A DNA stretch of 64,000 bases from the NCBI GenBank assembly GCA_025060975.1, contig JANZKA010000001.1, positions 108,283 through 172,282 of the forward strand, in the 5' to 3' direction. This DNA comes from Candidatus Culexarchaeum nevadense. GTDB lineage: Archaea > Thermoproteota > Methanomethylicia > Culexarchaeales > Culexarchaeaceae. The notes under the pieces were generated by a model that had not been told where the DNA came from, ran no database searches, and saw nothing but the letters and a program-made list of their open reading frames with translations. This document shows, piece after piece, positions 11,963 through 22,198 of the stretch. Made by a program: the position numbers and the translations under genes. The stretch's first letter is position 1. Each line of letters starts with the position of its first letter.

Positions 11963-12327
11963 GGAAAATGTCCCCTCGAGAAATGAGAAGAATAATGCAA
12001 AAGATGGGTATGGAAATCAATGAAATGGAGGATGTTGAAGAAGTTGTCATAGTGAGAAGAGAAGAAATTTTGAGAATGTCTTCACCAAAGGTTTCTATAA
12101 TAAAAATGGGAGATCAAACAATAGTTCAAGTAATTGGAAATCAAATTATTGTGGAAAGCAAAGAGCAAAAAGCCGAGGAAGAATACATTTCCGAGGAAGA
12201 TGTGCAACTTGTAGCCATGCAAGCTAAAGTAAGCTTGGAAGAAGCGAGAAAAGCATTAAAACAAACAGGTGGAGATCTTGCCAAAGCAATTTTAACACTA
12301 ATAGCATCAAAAGAGGAAAAACAGTAA
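11959..12327 (+). CDS. nac: nascent polypeptide-associated complex protein (aNAC alpha) with C-terminal UBA
   Basis: MSPREMRRIMQKMGM N-terminus, NAC domain and C-terminal UBA-like helix bundle (EEDVQLVAMQAKVSLEEARKALKQTGGDLAKAI). Confidence 0.85.
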   Translation: MRKMSPREMRRIMQKMGMEINEMEDVEEVVIVRREEILRMSSPKVSIIKMGDQTIVQVIGNQIIVESKEQKAEEEYISEEDVQLVAMQAKVSLEEARKALKQTGGDLAKAILTLIASKEEKQ

Positions 12328-12360
12328 TCAATTATAAATATTTAAATTTGATAAACTTCT

Positions 12361-13005
12361 TTAGAGATAGGATTTTAGTTCGAGTTTCTTCTTTATGCGT
12401 TTCACTCTAAATAAATCTTCTCTTTCCCTTTCTTCTAAATAAAACTTAATGTATGATATTGCATTATTCAATGTTGGTATAATTATCTTATCCAATACAT
12501 TCACCCTTCTACGTATACGTTTAATTTCTTCAGATAGTTTAACTATAGTAGCACTAACCTCAGCCAATTTAATTATTGTAGGTAGTAATTGAGAGAAATT
12601 TTCCGAAACAGTTTCAAGATAAATGGATGTATCCGTTAAACTATAAGGTCTGCGTATACTTTCAATTTTTGCTTCAATCACGGGAACTAGAACGCCCATA
12701 ACATTTTTAAATTTGACTTCCACATTTACTGTCTCGGGAACCCCTTCAGCTATTCTTTCAAGTTTTAAAGCTCCCATTTCGATCTCAGCATTCGCAAGAG
12801 CAAGATATGCTTCACGGATTATTGGTAAGAGAGAATCTCTCAATCTTTTGTACTTTTGAATAGCTGCAAAAAACTCCATTATTAGAGCATCCTGCTTTTC
12901 TTGAAGTAATTTAAGCCCTTTTTGAGCAAAATTTAATCTACGTCTTAATGCTATTAGTTCCATTCTAGTAGGTTTAAATTCAAGTGAAGACATTCTCTGC
13001 ACCAA
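12361..13005 (-). CDS. atpD: A/V-type ATP synthase subunit D
   Basis: PTRMELIALRRRLNFAQKGLKLLQEKQDAL signature of V-type subunit D. No other atp genes are adjacent. Confidence 0.8.
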   Translation of the reverse strand: MVQRMSSLEFKPTRMELIALRRRLNFAQKGLKLLQEKQDALIMEFFAAIQKYKRLRDSLLPIIREAYLALANAEIEMGALKLERIAEGVPETVNVEVKFKNVMGVLVPVIEAKIESIRRPYSLTDTSIYLETVSENFSQLLPTIIKLAEVSATIVKLSEEIKRIRRRVNVLDKIIIPTLNNAISYIKFYLEEREREDLFRVKRIKKKLELKSYL

Positions 13006-13019
13006 CCTAAATTAAAAAA

Positions 13020-14045
13020 TTAAAGATAATCCCTTACGTCACTTAATATACAATGAGGAATAGTTATGTCTTTCATAGTCAAAAGCCCTGGAGGAGCCTT
13101 CATAACCTTTGGTATAACATTTATCAACATTGAAATAGTACCCCAATCACCATGCACACAAGGGGATATCCGTTCGTGGATTTCAGGTATTCCCTGTATA
13201 TCGATGGCATCATAATCATCAGATGCACCAACATATGCTATAAAATCAAGAGTTATGAATGGTTTCCCATCTACGACGCCTTGGGCTGTTTGTCTCAGTC
13301 CAGCTACATATCCTGGATTGACTTCTACATATTCTGTTTTCACATATTTATCAGAAATGATAGGTTGAACTTCTCCAACATCAATTCTGTCAAGTTTAAC
13401 TTTAAGTGCAGCTGCTATTAACGCTATACTCTGTTCTAACCCCACATGACCAGAAATCTCTTTTGTAGAAATCTTACGTTTAAAATCATCCACAGTTAAT
13501 CCTGCTCCTATTTTTCTCTGAAAGGGACCTCTCCTAATAGATGCATTCATATGTCTAGTAACCTTAATGCTATCAACCCTTATACAAGGTGCCGTTAGTA
13601 TTATAGCTAAAGTATCCATGAGAAAGCCTGGATTTATGCCCGTGGCTAGTAAAGTTGATCCATATCTTTTAGCAGTACTATCCAATTCTTCAGCAAGTTT
13701 CCGATCAACAATATACGGATAACTCAATTCTTCACATGATGAAATTACATTCACTCCATACTTAAGTATAGTAAGTAGCTGAGGATACACATCCTTGAGA
13801 TATGATGATGTCATGTGAATAACTACATGAGGTCTCGAGTCTCTCAATACACACTCAATATCATTAGAAACATTTATACCAAGTTTCTTATCTAAGCCTA
13901 TCACTTCCCCAAGATCTCGTCCAACCTTTTTTGGATCAATGTCAACGGCTCCGACTATTTCAAACCCCCGTTTATTTAATAGCTCTCTAGTAAGCATCTG
14001 CCCTATTGCTCCAATACCTACAATGACCACTCTAACTTTCTCCAT
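13020..14045 (-). CDS. NAD(P)-dependent oxidoreductase, DapB-like/amine dehydrogenase family
   Basis: N-terminal Rossmann motif (VRVVIVGIGAIGQ). Overall resemblance to dihydrodipicolinate reductase-like / 2,4-diaminopentanoate dehydrogenase-like proteins. Start placed at the internal MEKVRVV. Confidence 0.5.
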   Translation of the reverse strand: MEKVRVVIVGIGAIGQMLTRELLNKRGFEIVGAVDIDPKKVGRDLGEVIGLDKKLGINVSNDIECVLRDSRPHVVIHMTSSYLKDVYPQLLTILKYGVNVISSCEELSYPYIVDRKLAEELDSTAKRYGSTLLATGINPGFLMDTLAIILTAPCIRVDSIKVTRHMNASIRRGPFQRKIGAGLTVDDFKRKISTKEISGHVGLEQSIALIAAALKVKLDRIDVGEVQPIISDKYVKTEYVEVNPGYVAGLRQTAQGVVDGKPFITLDFIAYVGASDDYDAIDIQGIPEIHERISPCVHGDWGTISMLINVIPKVMKAPPGLLTMKDITIPHCILSDVRDYL

Positions 14046-14142
14046 ATACCACACCACAATTTTGCTCAAATATAAGTTAACTTGATGCACATAAATACGT
14101 TTCCAATCGTATGAAGCAAAATATAATTAATTCATCCATGTT

Positions 14143-14220
14143 TGGCGGGCCCGGCGGGATTTGAACCCGCGACCAATGGGTTAAGAGCCCACTGCTCTGT
14201 CCTGGCTGAGCTACGGGCCC
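14143..14220 (-). tRNA. tRNA-Lys (anticodon CTT), CCA-encoding
   Basis: Cloverleaf on the minus strand with a GGGCCCG acceptor, anticodon loop CUCUUAA and T-loop UUCAAAU. Confidence 0.85.
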
Positions 14221-14343
14221 ACTTACTAAAAATAAATTTAAAATGATATAAATTAATGTTTCGCAAAGCACTGTAGAAAAGATTTACATAAATGTTTTGC
14301 TATTAAGAAATTAAAAGTTGAAAACGCTAAATGATGATGAGGT

Positions 14344-15156
14344 ATGCTCGTTTTTGTAGGATTAGGACTAAATGGATTAGAAGACATAACAGTGTCTGGT
14401 ATGAAATGGATACGATACGCAGAAAAAGTATATTTAGATATGTACACCAGTATAATTCCAAATTTTTCTGTTGAAAACTTAGAAAAAAACATAGTTGGAA
14501 GAAAAGTTATTAAGGCCAGTAGAAAGGATCTAGAGGAAAATTATGAGGAAATTCTAAATGAAGCAAAAAATAAAATTATTGTACTATTAGTCCCTGGAGA
14601 TCCATTTGTTGCAACAACACATATGCAACTAAGATTGGCAGCAATTGATAGAGGCATAGAAACAAAGGTTATACATGCACCATCGATTCAGTCAGCAATA
14701 TATGGTGAAACAGGCCTTTTTAGTTATAAATTCGGAAGATGTGTGACAGTGACATTTCCATATGGAGAAAGTATATGTGAAACCCCTTATGATGTCATAA
14801 AAGAAAATATGAAGCAAGGACTGCACACACTCTTATTATTGGATATGGATGCTGAAAATATGAGATTTATGAGAATATCGGAAGCCATTGACATATTGAA
14901 GAGGATTGAAGAAAAACGAAGGGAAAACGTTATCAAAAAAGATACTTTATGTGTAGGCTGCGCAAGGATAGGTTCAGACACACAGGTAGTTAGAGCTGAT
15001 TACATAGATGAACTTTCGAAGGTGGATTTTGGAGCTCCACCATATTCTCTTGTAATAGTTGGCAGATTACATTTTATAGAAGCAGAAGCATTAGTAAAGT
15101 TGGCTAATGCACCCTTAAATGTTATGGAGGAAGTAAGATGTCAAATAAAGAAGTAG
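14344..15156 (+). CDS. dph5: diphthine synthase (EF-2 diphthamide biosynthesis methyltransferase)
   Basis: 270 aa. Tetrapyrrole-methylase fold motifs (LVFVGLGL, VVLLVPGDPFVATTH). Confidence 0.85.
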   Translation: MLVFVGLGLNGLEDITVSGMKWIRYAEKVYLDMYTSIIPNFSVENLEKNIVGRKVIKASRKDLEENYEEILNEAKNKIIVLLVPGDPFVATTHMQLRLAAIDRGIETKVIHAPSIQSAIYGETGLFSYKFGRCVTVTFPYGESICETPYDVIKENMKQGLHTLLLLDMDAENMRFMRISEAIDILKRIEEKRRENVIKKDTLCVGCARIGSDTQVVRADYIDELSKVDFGAPPYSLVIVGRLHFIEAEALVKLANAPLNVMEEVRCQIKK

Positions 15157-15908
15157 ATAGGATAAGGAAATACATTGAAAATGTTAACTTAGTATTAAAC
15201 AAATTGAAAAAAGAAAGGTATGAAGATGAAAGGGTAGAGAAATTAATAAAATTAAGCGAAAGTTATTGTTCCGATGCAAAATTTTATTTTGAAAAAGGAG
15301 ATTATATTACAAGTTTAACGTGCATCGCATACGCTGAAGGATTACTGGATTGCTTAAAATTCTTAAATATGATAAATTTTGAATGGGAAAATGAAGAGAT
15401 GAAGAAACTCCATAACAAAGTGTTAGTGGCGGGAACTTTTGATATAATCCACCCAGGACATATATGGTTAATTAAAAAAGCCAAAGAGTATGGTCGAGTA
15501 ATAGTAATTGTAGCCACAGATAGCAATGTAAAAAGATTAAAAGGAAGAAACCCAATACTACCCAGTTCCCAAAGATTGGAAGTCGTAAAAAGCATAAAAT
15601 ACGTTGATGAAGCAATATTGGGAAGTGACGATGAAGATATATTGAAGAAGGTAGAAGAAATAAAACCGAATATCATAATTTTAGGTCCTGATCAAAGATT
15701 CATATCAGAAGAAGAATTGAGAAATAAATTAAAGGAAAGGGGACTAAATAATGTTGAGGTCATTAGGATAAATGAAGAATATAGAGAAAGCCCATTTTAC
15801 AAAACATCTCAAATTGTAAATGAAATACTAAAGAGACGAGGAGAACTCGAAGAAAATAAAAATGCACAAAATAAACAACTAAATTCCTCACAATACAATT
15901 ATAATTAA
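15138..15908 (+). CDS. FAD synthase RibL-like cytidylyltransferase with an extra N-terminal domain of about 95 aa
   Basis: The C-terminal 150 aa match archaeal RibL/cytidylyltransferase (VLVAGTFDIIHPGH..KRLKGRNPILP..ILGPDQ). The N-terminal domain is of unknown function. Confidence 0.65.
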   Translation: MSNKEVDRIRKYIENVNLVLNKLKKERYEDERVEKLIKLSESYCSDAKFYFEKGDYITSLTCIAYAEGLLDCLKFLNMINFEWENEEMKKLHNKVLVAGTFDIIHPGHIWLIKKAKEYGRVIVIVATDSNVKRLKGRNPILPSSQRLEVVKSIKYVDEAILGSDDEDILKKVEEIKPNIIILGPDQRFISEEELRNKLKERGLNNVEVIRINEEYRESPFYKTSQIVNEILKRRGELEENKNAQNKQLNSSQYNYN

Positions 15909-15918
15909 AAATTTATTA

Positions 15919-16899
15919 ATGCGGCTCACCGGGATGATATTGATGGAGACTATAAAAAGACTAAAGAATGAATATTTAAAACAGGGATACAAATTTATAG
16001 GGGAATACAGCTTATTAAAGCCATGTTACTGGTTAAAAGCGTCTTTAATATCTAAAGGTAAAAATTTCTGTTATAAGCAAAAATTTTATGGGATACCATC
16101 ACACAGGTGCCTACAATTCTCACCAACAATAACATGTACGCATGAATGCATATATTGCTGGAGAGTGCAAGCATCAGATATCGGAATAAAATGGAACGAA
16201 CAAAACTTACCGACATGGGATGAACCCGAGAAAATAGTGCTTAACGGACTGAAAATGCAAAGAGAAGTATTGTCTGGATTCAAGGGAAATAGAAATGTAG
16301 ATAGAAATATGCTAGAAGAAGCTTTCAGACCAATACATGCAGCAATAAGTTTAGTTGGAGAACCCACACTATATCCATATATAGATGATTTAATATACGA
16401 ACTCTTTAAGTATAACTTCAAAACGGTTTTCCTTGTAAGTAATGGAACTCGACCGGACGTATTAGGAAATCTATGTAATGAGCCAAGTCAACTTTACATA
16501 AGTTTATCTGCACCAGATTATGAAACGTATAAGAAGGTTTGCAGACCTAAAATACCAAATGGATGGGAAAACATTATGCAAAGCATTGAACTTATTAAAA
16601 GTTTTTCATGTCCAACAGTCATTAGATTGACATTGGTAAGAGAATTAAATTTGAAAAAGGTAGAAGATTATGCAAAAATAATAGAGAAAGCAAATCCTAC
16701 ATATGTGGAGCCAAAGGCCGCTATGAGTTTAGGAGGTTTTCAATATAGACTGTCATCAACACATATGCCAAGTTTTGAAGAAATACTTGAATTCAGTAAG
16801 AAAATAAGTGAATTAACATCTCTAAAAATCATCGACACCTCGGAGTCTTCAAGAATAGTACTTCTAAGCAGATTAGATAAACCTATTAAATTAATTTAA
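15919..16899 (+). CDS. taw1: tRNA 4-demethylwyosine synthase TYW1/Taw1 (radical SAM)
   Basis: Radical SAM CxxxCxxC (CTHECIYCWR) preceded by KPCYWLKASL, typical of Taw1. Confidence 0.8.
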   Translation: MRLTGMILMETIKRLKNEYLKQGYKFIGEYSLLKPCYWLKASLISKGKNFCYKQKFYGIPSHRCLQFSPTITCTHECIYCWRVQASDIGIKWNEQNLPTWDEPEKIVLNGLKMQREVLSGFKGNRNVDRNMLEEAFRPIHAAISLVGEPTLYPYIDDLIYELFKYNFKTVFLVSNGTRPDVLGNLCNEPSQLYISLSAPDYETYKKVCRPKIPNGWENIMQSIELIKSFSCPTVIRLTLVRELNLKKVEDYAKIIEKANPTYVEPKAAMSLGGFQYRLSSTHMPSFEEILEFSKKISELTSLKIIDTSESSRIVLLSRLDKPIKLI

Positions 16900-16982
16900 T
16901 TAAAAATTTGGGGTATATTTTACTTTTTTTATTCACACTTATTTATTTTATTTTTATATTAATTATTTATTTATATTACAAT

Positions 16983-17579
16983 TTACAATTCAATGGGTAA
17001 GAATTTTTCTATGGTACCCTCCCGTTTTACTATCAATATATCGATACCATCGCCAGAAATTATATCTCTTTTAATAGCCGCACTTATTGCTTTAACAGCT
17101 ATCTTTTCCCCAATATCTACAGTAATTTCTGGACTATATTCGGATTCCAATATACTCATAGCGAGGGGGGCACCAGAACCCAATGCCGCATACTTATCCT
17201 CAATTAATGATCCCAATGGATCTAAAACATATAAATGAGGACCTGTTACGTCTACTCCTGCAACTATAATCTCAGTTAAATAAGGATATAATCGATTACT
17301 ATATAAGATCGTGGATAACAACTTTGCTAAATTTCTAACCTTCATTGGACTTTTATAAGTGAGTTCATACAAATTCGCTTCGGCAGTCAAAGATTTTGCG
17401 AGTATCTGCATATCTGCAATCAATCCTGCGCAAGCTATAGCTAAATTATTTGTTATTTTAAATACTTTCTTCCCCATCTTACTCAAAATGGTATACCCAT
17501 AGGCTACCCTTTTTTCAGAAGCAAGTACAACACCATCTTTACACACTAAGCCCACTGTCGTCGCACCTAAAGCTTCCAT
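16983..17579 (-). CDS. psmB: proteasome subunit beta (copy 1)
   Basis: 198 aa. Ntn-hydrolase fold with TTVGLVCKDGVVLASEKR after a short propeptide. Confidence 0.88.
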   Translation of the reverse strand: MEALGATTVGLVCKDGVVLASEKRVAYGYTILSKMGKKVFKITNNLAIACAGLIADMQILAKSLTAEANLYELTYKSPMKVRNLAKLLSTILYSNRLYPYLTEIIVAGVDVTGPHLYVLDPLGSLIEDKYAALGSGAPLAMSILESEYSPEITVDIGEKIAVKAISAAIKRDIISGDGIDILIVKREGTIEKFLPIEL

Positions 17580-17682
17580 TACTACACACCTTTATATTAA
17601 ACAATTCGTGAATTATCAATATAAACTTTAAGAGTATATTAATTTATCCGATAAAACAAATAATAATACAGGTATTAAACAA

Positions 17683-19215
17683 ATGATAAAAGAACTTATG
17701 AGTGACTTAAGGGTAAAGGCATTAATGACGAAAATATTTATGCAAGGAGTGCAAATAAGTCCTGAATTTTTAAATATTCTATTAAAAAATGAAGATACAG
17801 CAGTAAAAATACTGGAGGATATTTTAAAGAAGTTGTCAACAATGGAAAATAAACCTCTAATCATAACCCCCGAATTCATTTCTGATTTATCAAGAAAAGA
17901 AGAAATTGATGTGAAGAATTTAGCCGAAGAAATAACAATAGTTTTTGAACCTACGGAACATATTTTACGAACCCCCCTTTCAAAAGATTTTAGGGAGTAT
18001 TTTATAAGCAGATACAAAAAACTAAGAAAAATACTACTTTCGGAAAGATATGATGCCAGAGGGGCAATAAATATCCAAGATCTATCAAACAAAAAGACAA
18101 TGGAAGCTTTAGAGAACAAAATTAAGATAATCTGTATAGTCAGCGAAAAAAGAGCTGGTAAGAATATGATAACTTTCAATGTTGAAGATTTAACTGGAGA
18201 AATAACGGTCTTGGTTACCGCAAAAAATGCAGAGTTGCTACAAAAAGCACAAAATATTATTCCAAACGAAGTCATATGTGTGGAAGGCATATTAATTGAT
18301 GAAAGAAAGATGCTCGCAACAGATATACTTCAACCAGAAATTCCAAAACAAGTAAACAATGTCTACGAAAAAGGGAATGGCCCAGACATTTATGCCGTTT
18401 TAATCTCTGATCTACATATTGGAAGCAGATTTTTCATGAGGTACGCATTTAATAAATTTCTATTATGGTTAAATGGACTCTTCGGAGATGCAAAATTAAA
18501 AAGCTTTGCTAAACGTATCAAATATGTAGTAATTGCAGGAGACATTGTAGATGGAATAGGAATATACCCAGGGCAGGAAAAAGAGTTAGCTATAAAAGAT
18601 TTAAAAAAGCAATATGAGGTTGCAGCTTACTATTTATCACAAATCCCACAACACATAAAGATAATAATAGTACCTGGAAACCATGATGCAACAAGACAAG
18701 CATTACCATCAACAACTCTGTACAAAGAATATGCAGCCCCACTCTACAAATTGAGTAACGTAATAATTATGGGAGATCCTGCATATATAAGGTTGCATAA
18801 ATCCTTATTTCTAGTAACTCATGGAAAAAGTTTGGATGACATAATGGTTAATATTGCTAATTTAAAATATGAGACACCAGCAAAAGCCATGATAGAATTA
18901 CTAAAGAGAAGACATTTAGCCCCAGTATATGGTGGAAGAACATTAATAGCACCAGAAGAAGAGGATCTGATGGTTATAGAAAAAATTCCCAACGTGTTTC
19001 ATGCAGGACACGTTCACACTTTTGAATATGAATATTATAAGGGGGTTACAGTCGTAAATTCTGGAACTTGGCAAGAACAAACAGAATATATGAGGAACAT
19101 GGGAATTCACCCTAATAAAGCAAAAGCCGTTTTAATAAACTTAAATAATAATTCCGTTCAAGCTGTAATCAACTTTGAGGAGGAACTTGAATGTGGAGAG
19201 GATCAAGCTGTCTGA
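17683..19215 (+). CDS. polB: DNA polymerase II (PolD) small subunit DP1, calcineurin-like phosphoesterase
   Basis: C-terminal motifs AVLISDLHIGS, VIAGDIVDGIGIYPGQEKEL, VPGNHDATRQALP, HAGHVH and an OB-fold region match DP1. Confidence 0.85.
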   Translation: MIKELMSDLRVKALMTKIFMQGVQISPEFLNILLKNEDTAVKILEDILKKLSTMENKPLIITPEFISDLSRKEEIDVKNLAEEITIVFEPTEHILRTPLSKDFREYFISRYKKLRKILLSERYDARGAINIQDLSNKKTMEALENKIKIICIVSEKRAGKNMITFNVEDLTGEITVLVTAKNAELLQKAQNIIPNEVICVEGILIDERKMLATDILQPEIPKQVNNVYEKGNGPDIYAVLISDLHIGSRFFMRYAFNKFLLWLNGLFGDAKLKSFAKRIKYVVIAGDIVDGIGIYPGQEKELAIKDLKKQYEVAAYYLSQIPQHIKIIIVPGNHDATRQALPSTTLYKEYAAPLYKLSNVIIMGDPAYIRLHKSLFLVTHGKSLDDIMVNIANLKYETPAKAMIELLKRRHLAPVYGGRTLIAPEEEDLMVIEKIPNVFHAGHVHTFEYEYYKGVTVVNSGTWQEQTEYMRNMGIHPNKAKAVLINLNNNSVQAVINFEEELECGEDQAV

Positions 19216-20188
19216 TATAGGTGAAGAGAAAGTCATTGAGACCATATTTAGCATTATAGATAAAGAAACAAGAAGAATAACATTGCCATATGGAGATGAC
19301 GCTGTCGCAATAAAACTCCCAAGAAAAATGAACCTTGTTATAAATGTAGAAATGTTAGTAGGAAAAACGGATATACCACCTGGTATGAGTAATGTACAAA
19401 TTGGTAAAAAAGTCGTCACAATGTGCATAAGTGATTTAGCTGCAAAAGGTGCAAAACCTATAGGATTCCTAACATCAATAGGACTAAGAAGAGATATGAA
19501 CGTTAGAGATCTAAAAGAGATTTATGAAGGAATAAACATCGCCGCAAGAAAGTATGGTGTGAAAGTGTTAGGGGGAGATACTAATGAGACTGATGACATC
19601 ATAATTGATGGAATAGCCCTTGGAATAGCAAAGAAGGTTATACCGAGAAGTGGAGCTAAAATTGGAGATATTGTCGCAACAACTGGTTTCTTTGGTAATA
19701 CTGCCGCTGGATTAAAGATTTTATTAGAATCGCTACCAGTAGAAGAGGAGTTAAAGAGGAGAATATTAAAGGATGTATATGAGCCGCGAGCATACATTAA
19801 GGAGGGATGCTTACTAGCAAAAAAGGGTTTAGTTAACGCAGCAATAGATAGTAGCGATGGTTTAGCTATTTCACTTCATGAAATAGCAAAAATGAGTAAT
19901 GTGGGAATCGAAATAAATAATCTACCAATAACCGAAGAAGCTAAAAAATTCGCCGAAAAAACCAACATTGATCCATTCGACCTTGTTTTCTACGGCGGAG
20001 AGGAATATATATTGATACTAACCATAAGTAAAGAAAATTGGGAAAAAGCTTTAAATGAAGTAAGAAAAGTAAAGGGAAAACTGATAAAAATAGGTAGAGT
20101 GATTGATGAACGTGGTAAAATAATGTATAAACATGAGAAAGAAGAGAGAATTATTGAGAAAAAGGGGTGGCAACATTTTACAACTTAA
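19175..20188 (+). CDS. thiL: thiamine-monophosphate kinase ThiL (AIR-synthase-related)
   Basis: 337 aa. PurM-like N-domain (LPYGDDAVAI, GGDTNETDD). The size fits ThiL rather than HypE. Confidence 0.65.
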   Translation: MRRNLNVERIKLSDIGEEKVIETIFSIIDKETRRITLPYGDDAVAIKLPRKMNLVINVEMLVGKTDIPPGMSNVQIGKKVVTMCISDLAAKGAKPIGFLTSIGLRRDMNVRDLKEIYEGINIAARKYGVKVLGGDTNETDDIIIDGIALGIAKKVIPRSGAKIGDIVATTGFFGNTAAGLKILLESLPVEEELKRRILKDVYEPRAYIKEGCLLAKKGLVNAAIDSSDGLAISLHEIAKMSNVGIEINNLPITEEAKKFAEKTNIDPFDLVFYGGEEYILILTISKENWEKALNEVRKVKGKLIKIGRVIDERGKIMYKHEKEERIIEKKGWQHFTT

Positions 20189-20200
20189 GGGTTAGGTGAA

Positions 20201-21937
20201 ATGCGTTCAAGGGATTTAAATAGAGTAGTTATAGTAGATGGGTATAATGATGAACCAGCTGGATTAGGTGTGCCTCCTTATCTAGACGTGTATGCGAGAT
20301 ATGCCGCTGGAACTATATGGAAATATAACAGTAAGGTAAATATAAGCTATTATACAATTGATGAAGTGCGTGAAAATTTTACAGAGTATTTGAAGATAAT
20401 GAATAAATCAGATATGCTCATAGTACTCGGAGGCGTAAGTGTACCCGGAAGTTACATTGGAGGAGAACCAATAACCGAGGAAGAAGTTTTGAAGATCGGT
20501 ACTTTAATAATGAAACCAATAAAAGTCCTAGGAGGACCTATCGCTCGTTACGGTTTTTGTAAAGAAGGAGGGAAAAAAGCTAAAAAAATTGAGCATATAA
20601 AGAACTTGTATGATTTAGTGATAAGTGGGGATATAGAAGTCGTACTCTCAGATTTATTAATAAATGATCTGGGGTTTGATAAGATAGATCCAGCTTCTAG
20701 GAGAACGGATTATTCTATTGTAAAAGAAGCGTCCATAAGAGGAGCGAGAATAGTCCAAGATCATCCAAACTATGGATTAAACTTGATTTGTGAAATAGAA
20801 ACATATAGAGGATGCCCAAGGTATATTACAGGTGGTTGCTCCTTTTGCGTTGAACCATTATGGGGCCATCCAATATTTAGAACAATTGAAGATGTAATAA
20901 TGGAAATAGCATCTCTATACAATCAAGGGGTTACGCATTTTAGAATTGGAAGACAACCAGATCTCTATTGCTACCTTTCAAATGAAGTTGGAGAAAAGGA
21001 ATTCCCCCGCCCAAATCCAGAAGCTTTAAAAAGACTTTTCGAAGGTATTAGAAGGGTTGCACCACGTTTAGAAACTTTACATATTGACAATGTAAATCCT
21101 GGAACTGTAGCAAATTATCCTGAAGAAAGCAGAGAAATAACGAAAACAATTGTAAAATATCACACTTCCGGTGACGTAGCTGCTATGGGGATAGAGTCAG
21201 CAGATCCAAGAGTTATAAAGGCAAACAATCTAAAAGTTGAGCCAGAAGATGCTTTAAAAGCAATAAAAATAATAAATGAAATTGGTGCTATAAGAGGGGA
21301 GAATGGTCTTCCCGAATTATTACCTGGAATAAATTTCGTTCATGGATTAATTGCTGAAAGTGAGGAAACGTATAAACTAAATTTCGAATTTATGAAGGAA
21401 GTTCTAGATAAGGGACTACTTGTGAGGAGAATAAATATAAGACAATGCATACCACTACCCGGGACTAGAATGTGGGAGGTCGGTGATAAAATAATGAGGA
21501 AACATAAAAGATATTTTAGAATTTACAAAGAGAAAATGAGAAAAGAAATTGATAGACCTATGCTTAAAAGAATTATTCCAAAATATACTATCTTAAAAAA
21601 GGTGTTTGTAGAAACAAAGCAAGGAAACATAACATATGGTAGACAAGTAGGTAGCTATCCACTTCTTGTAGCAATACCATTTGAATACCATTTGAGAAAA
21701 TTTACAGATATCATAGTTATTGGTCATGGTTATAGATCCATACTAGGAATACCTATACCAATAGAAATCAATATATGGAATAGGAGACAATTAAGTAAAA
21801 TACCATGTTTTAAAGAGCCTTATGCATCAAAAATAATAATGAATAGACCCGTAAGAAGTATTGATGAATTGAAGGAAATTATTGGTGATTCTAAGAAGTT
21901 AGATTATGTAAGTAGATATATTAGCTTCCGTGAATAA
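20201..21937 (+). CDS. radical SAM domain protein (uncharacterised archaeal family) with non-canonical Cys spacing
   Basis: 578 aa. Putative cluster-binding Cys triad [13 protein letters not shown] (C-x7-C-x2-C). Radical SAM core-like segment follows. N-terminal domain of about 190 aa of unknown type. Confidence 0.5.
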   Translation: MRSRDLNRVVIVDGYNDEPAGLGVPPYLDVYARYAAGTIWKYNSKVNISYYTIDEVRENFTEYLKIMNKSDMLIVLGGVSVPGSYIGGEPITEEEVLKIGTLIMKPIKVLGGPIARYGFCKEGGKKAKKIEHIKNLYDLVISGDIEVVLSDLLINDLGFDKIDPASRRTDYSIVKEASIRGARIVQDHPNYGLNLICEIETYRGCPRYITGGCSFCVEPLWGHPIFRTIEDVIMEIASLYNQGVTHFRIGRQPDLYCYLSNEVGEKEFPRPNPEALKRLFEGIRRVAPRLETLHIDNVNPGTVANYPEESREITKTIVKYHTSGDVAAMGIESADPRVIKANNLKVEPEDALKAIKIINEIGAIRGENGLPELLPGINFVHGLIAESEETYKLNFEFMKEVLDKGLLVRRINIRQCIPLPGTRMWEVGDKIMRKHKRYFRIYKEKMRKEIDRPMLKRIIPKYTILKKVFVETKQGNITYGRQVGSYPLLVAIPFEYHLRKFTDIIVIGHGYRSILGIPIPIEINIWNRRQLSKIPCFKEPYASKIIMNRPVRSIDELKEIIGDSKKLDYVSRYISFRE

Positions 21938-21986
21938 TTCAGCAAATTTAAAAATATGGTGTAACTCAAAATAATATTAAGAAAAG

Positions 21987-22061
21987 GGGCCCGTAGCTCA
22001 GCATGGACAGAGCAGCGGCCTCCTAAGCCGTTGGTCGTGGGTTCAAATCCCACCGGGCCCG
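21987..22061 (+). tRNA. tRNA-Arg (anticodon CCT)
   Basis: Cloverleaf with a GGGCCCG acceptor, anticodon loop CUCCUAA and T-loop UUCAAAU. CCA is not encoded. Confidence 0.8.
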
Positions 22062-22198
22062 TCATTAATTAAAAAGTATACAATGGTGATAATAAGATTA
22101 AAAACTTAAAATGAAGTATACTTGCACACATAAATAAACATTCAACATGATTAAACACAAATGTTACCAGAAAACAAATAAAATAGTTTAATGATGCC

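Noticed and set aside
14077-14271. 64-aa ORF overlapping tRNA-Lys
   Set aside because: It overlaps a confidently folded tRNA on the same strand and has no protein features.
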